In this document: positions 25,142 through 25,882 of the stretch, piece after piece
Position numbering within the stretch: the first letter of the stretch is position 1
Layout of the letters: every line of letters starts with the position of its first letter
Assembly: GCA_964244895.1 (NCBI GenBank)
Contig: CAXTKV010000053.1
Coordinates: forward strand, 1-25,882
Reading direction: 5' to 3'
DNA: 25,882 nucleotides
Origin: an uncultured Deinococcales bacterium
GTDB taxonomy: Bacteria; Deinococcota; Deinococci; Deinococcales; JAAFIG01
Made by a program: the position numbers and the translations under genes
The notes under the pieces: generated by a model
What the model saw: the letters and a program-made list of their open reading frames with translations, nothing else
The model's database searches: none
Told to the model about the DNA's origin: nothing

Positions 25142-25855
25142 ATGAACACCATGCCACAAAGCCCACAGCGCACACCGGGCGCGAACGGCGCGACCATCCT
25201 GATCGTCGAGGACGAATCGCGCCTCGGGGATATCCTCGAGGAATACCTCAAACGCGAGGGATACCGCACGGAACGCGCCAAGGACGGCGAGCGGGCGCTC
25301 GAATTGTGGCGCGCAGCGCAACCGGACATGATCCTGTTGGATCTGATGCTGCCCGTGCTGGACGGGCTCGAGGTCGCAAGACGGGTGCGCGCCGAATCGA
25401 GCGTGCCGATCATCATGCTGACCGCCCGAGACGACGAGGTGGACAGGCTGCTGGGTCTGGGTTTGGGCGCGGACGATTACGTCGTCAAACCGTACAGCCC
25501 GCGCGAGGTCGTGGCCCGCGTCAAGGCCGTGCTGCGCCGCGCCAGCGGGCAGGTGCAAGCGCAGGGCGTCTACCGCGTCGGGCCGCTCGAGGTGGATCTG
25601 GGGCGCTTCGAGGTGCGGGTTTCCGATGAGCGCGTGGATTTGACGACCTCCGAGATCAAGCTGTTGGCGGTGCTGGCCAAGGAACCCGGTCGGGTGCGGA
25701 TGCGCCCCGAACTCCTGGCCGCGACCGGCGACGCGGATCGCTTCGCGGACGAACGCACGGTGGACGCGCACGTCAAGAACATCCGGCGCAAACTGGACGC
25801 CCACGGCGAAATGCTCGAGACGGTGCGCGGCGTCGGCTACCGCTTGAGGGTCTGA
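25142..25855 (+). CDS. OmpR/PhoB-family response regulator
   Basis: ILIVEDE, LLDLMLP, IIMLTA, GADDYVVKPYSPREVVARV, winged helix RTVDAHVKNIRRKL...ETVRGVGY; start ATG 25142 or 25151. Confidence 0.96.
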   Translation: MNTMPQSPQRTPGANGATILIVEDESRLGDILEEYLKREGYRTERAKDGERALELWRAAQPDMILLDLMLPVLDGLEVARRVRAESSVPIIMLTARDDEVDRLLGLGLGADDYVVKPYSPREVVARVKAVLRRASGQVQAQGVYRVGPLEVDLGRFEVRVSDERVDLTTSEIKLLAVLAKEPGRVRMRPELLAATGDADRFADERTVDAHVKNIRRKLDAHGEMLETVRGVGYRLRV

Positions 25856-25882
25856 ATGTCCAACGATCAGCAACCAAGCATC
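25856..25882 (+). CDS. Start of the next gene, possibly the cognate sensor histidine kinase (truncated by the window)
   Basis: ATG immediately follows the regulator TGA (MSNDQQPSI...); identity inferred from context only. Confidence 0.4.

Noticed and set aside
25354..25372. Repeat-arm match CGTGCTGGACGGGCTCGAG inside the response regulator
   Set aside because: It encodes the conserved receiver motif P.LDGLE with no indel, so protein constraint explains it.

Overview
GC-rich bacterial chromosomal window, most consistent with Deinococcota. That call is an inference from the rplU-rpmA-obgE-nadD-yqeK-LCP-rsfS gene order and several leaderless genes with TANNNT 5-6 nt before the start codon. The left edge carries the 3' end of an AT-rich gene, a tyrosine-integrase C-terminal remnant and paired 11-bp-spaced repeats, probably the decayed border of an integrated element. 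Then come gltB, tRNA-Thr(TGT), tRNA-Tyr(GTA), a SHOCT-like/repeat protein plus DUF2089 regulator, an aldo/keto reductase, Bcp, a small membrane protein, an M20 peptidase, a peptide ABC transporter lacking ATPase genes, a beta-propeller gene with a GC gradient, the ribosomal protein/Obg/NadD cluster, an AAC(3)/YokD-like acetyltransferase, a two-SHOCT protein, darcynin and an OmpR-family regulator. The most striking signal is non-coding. CTCGAG occurs about 105 times by manual count (roughly 9 expected). A family of small palindromic elements, arm consensus (CTCG)AGAACACCGTCCAGCAC(GC), occupies most intergenic spaces, often ends in CTCGAG, shows compensatory changes and has entered coding sequence. 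All counts and alignments were made by eye, with no database searches.
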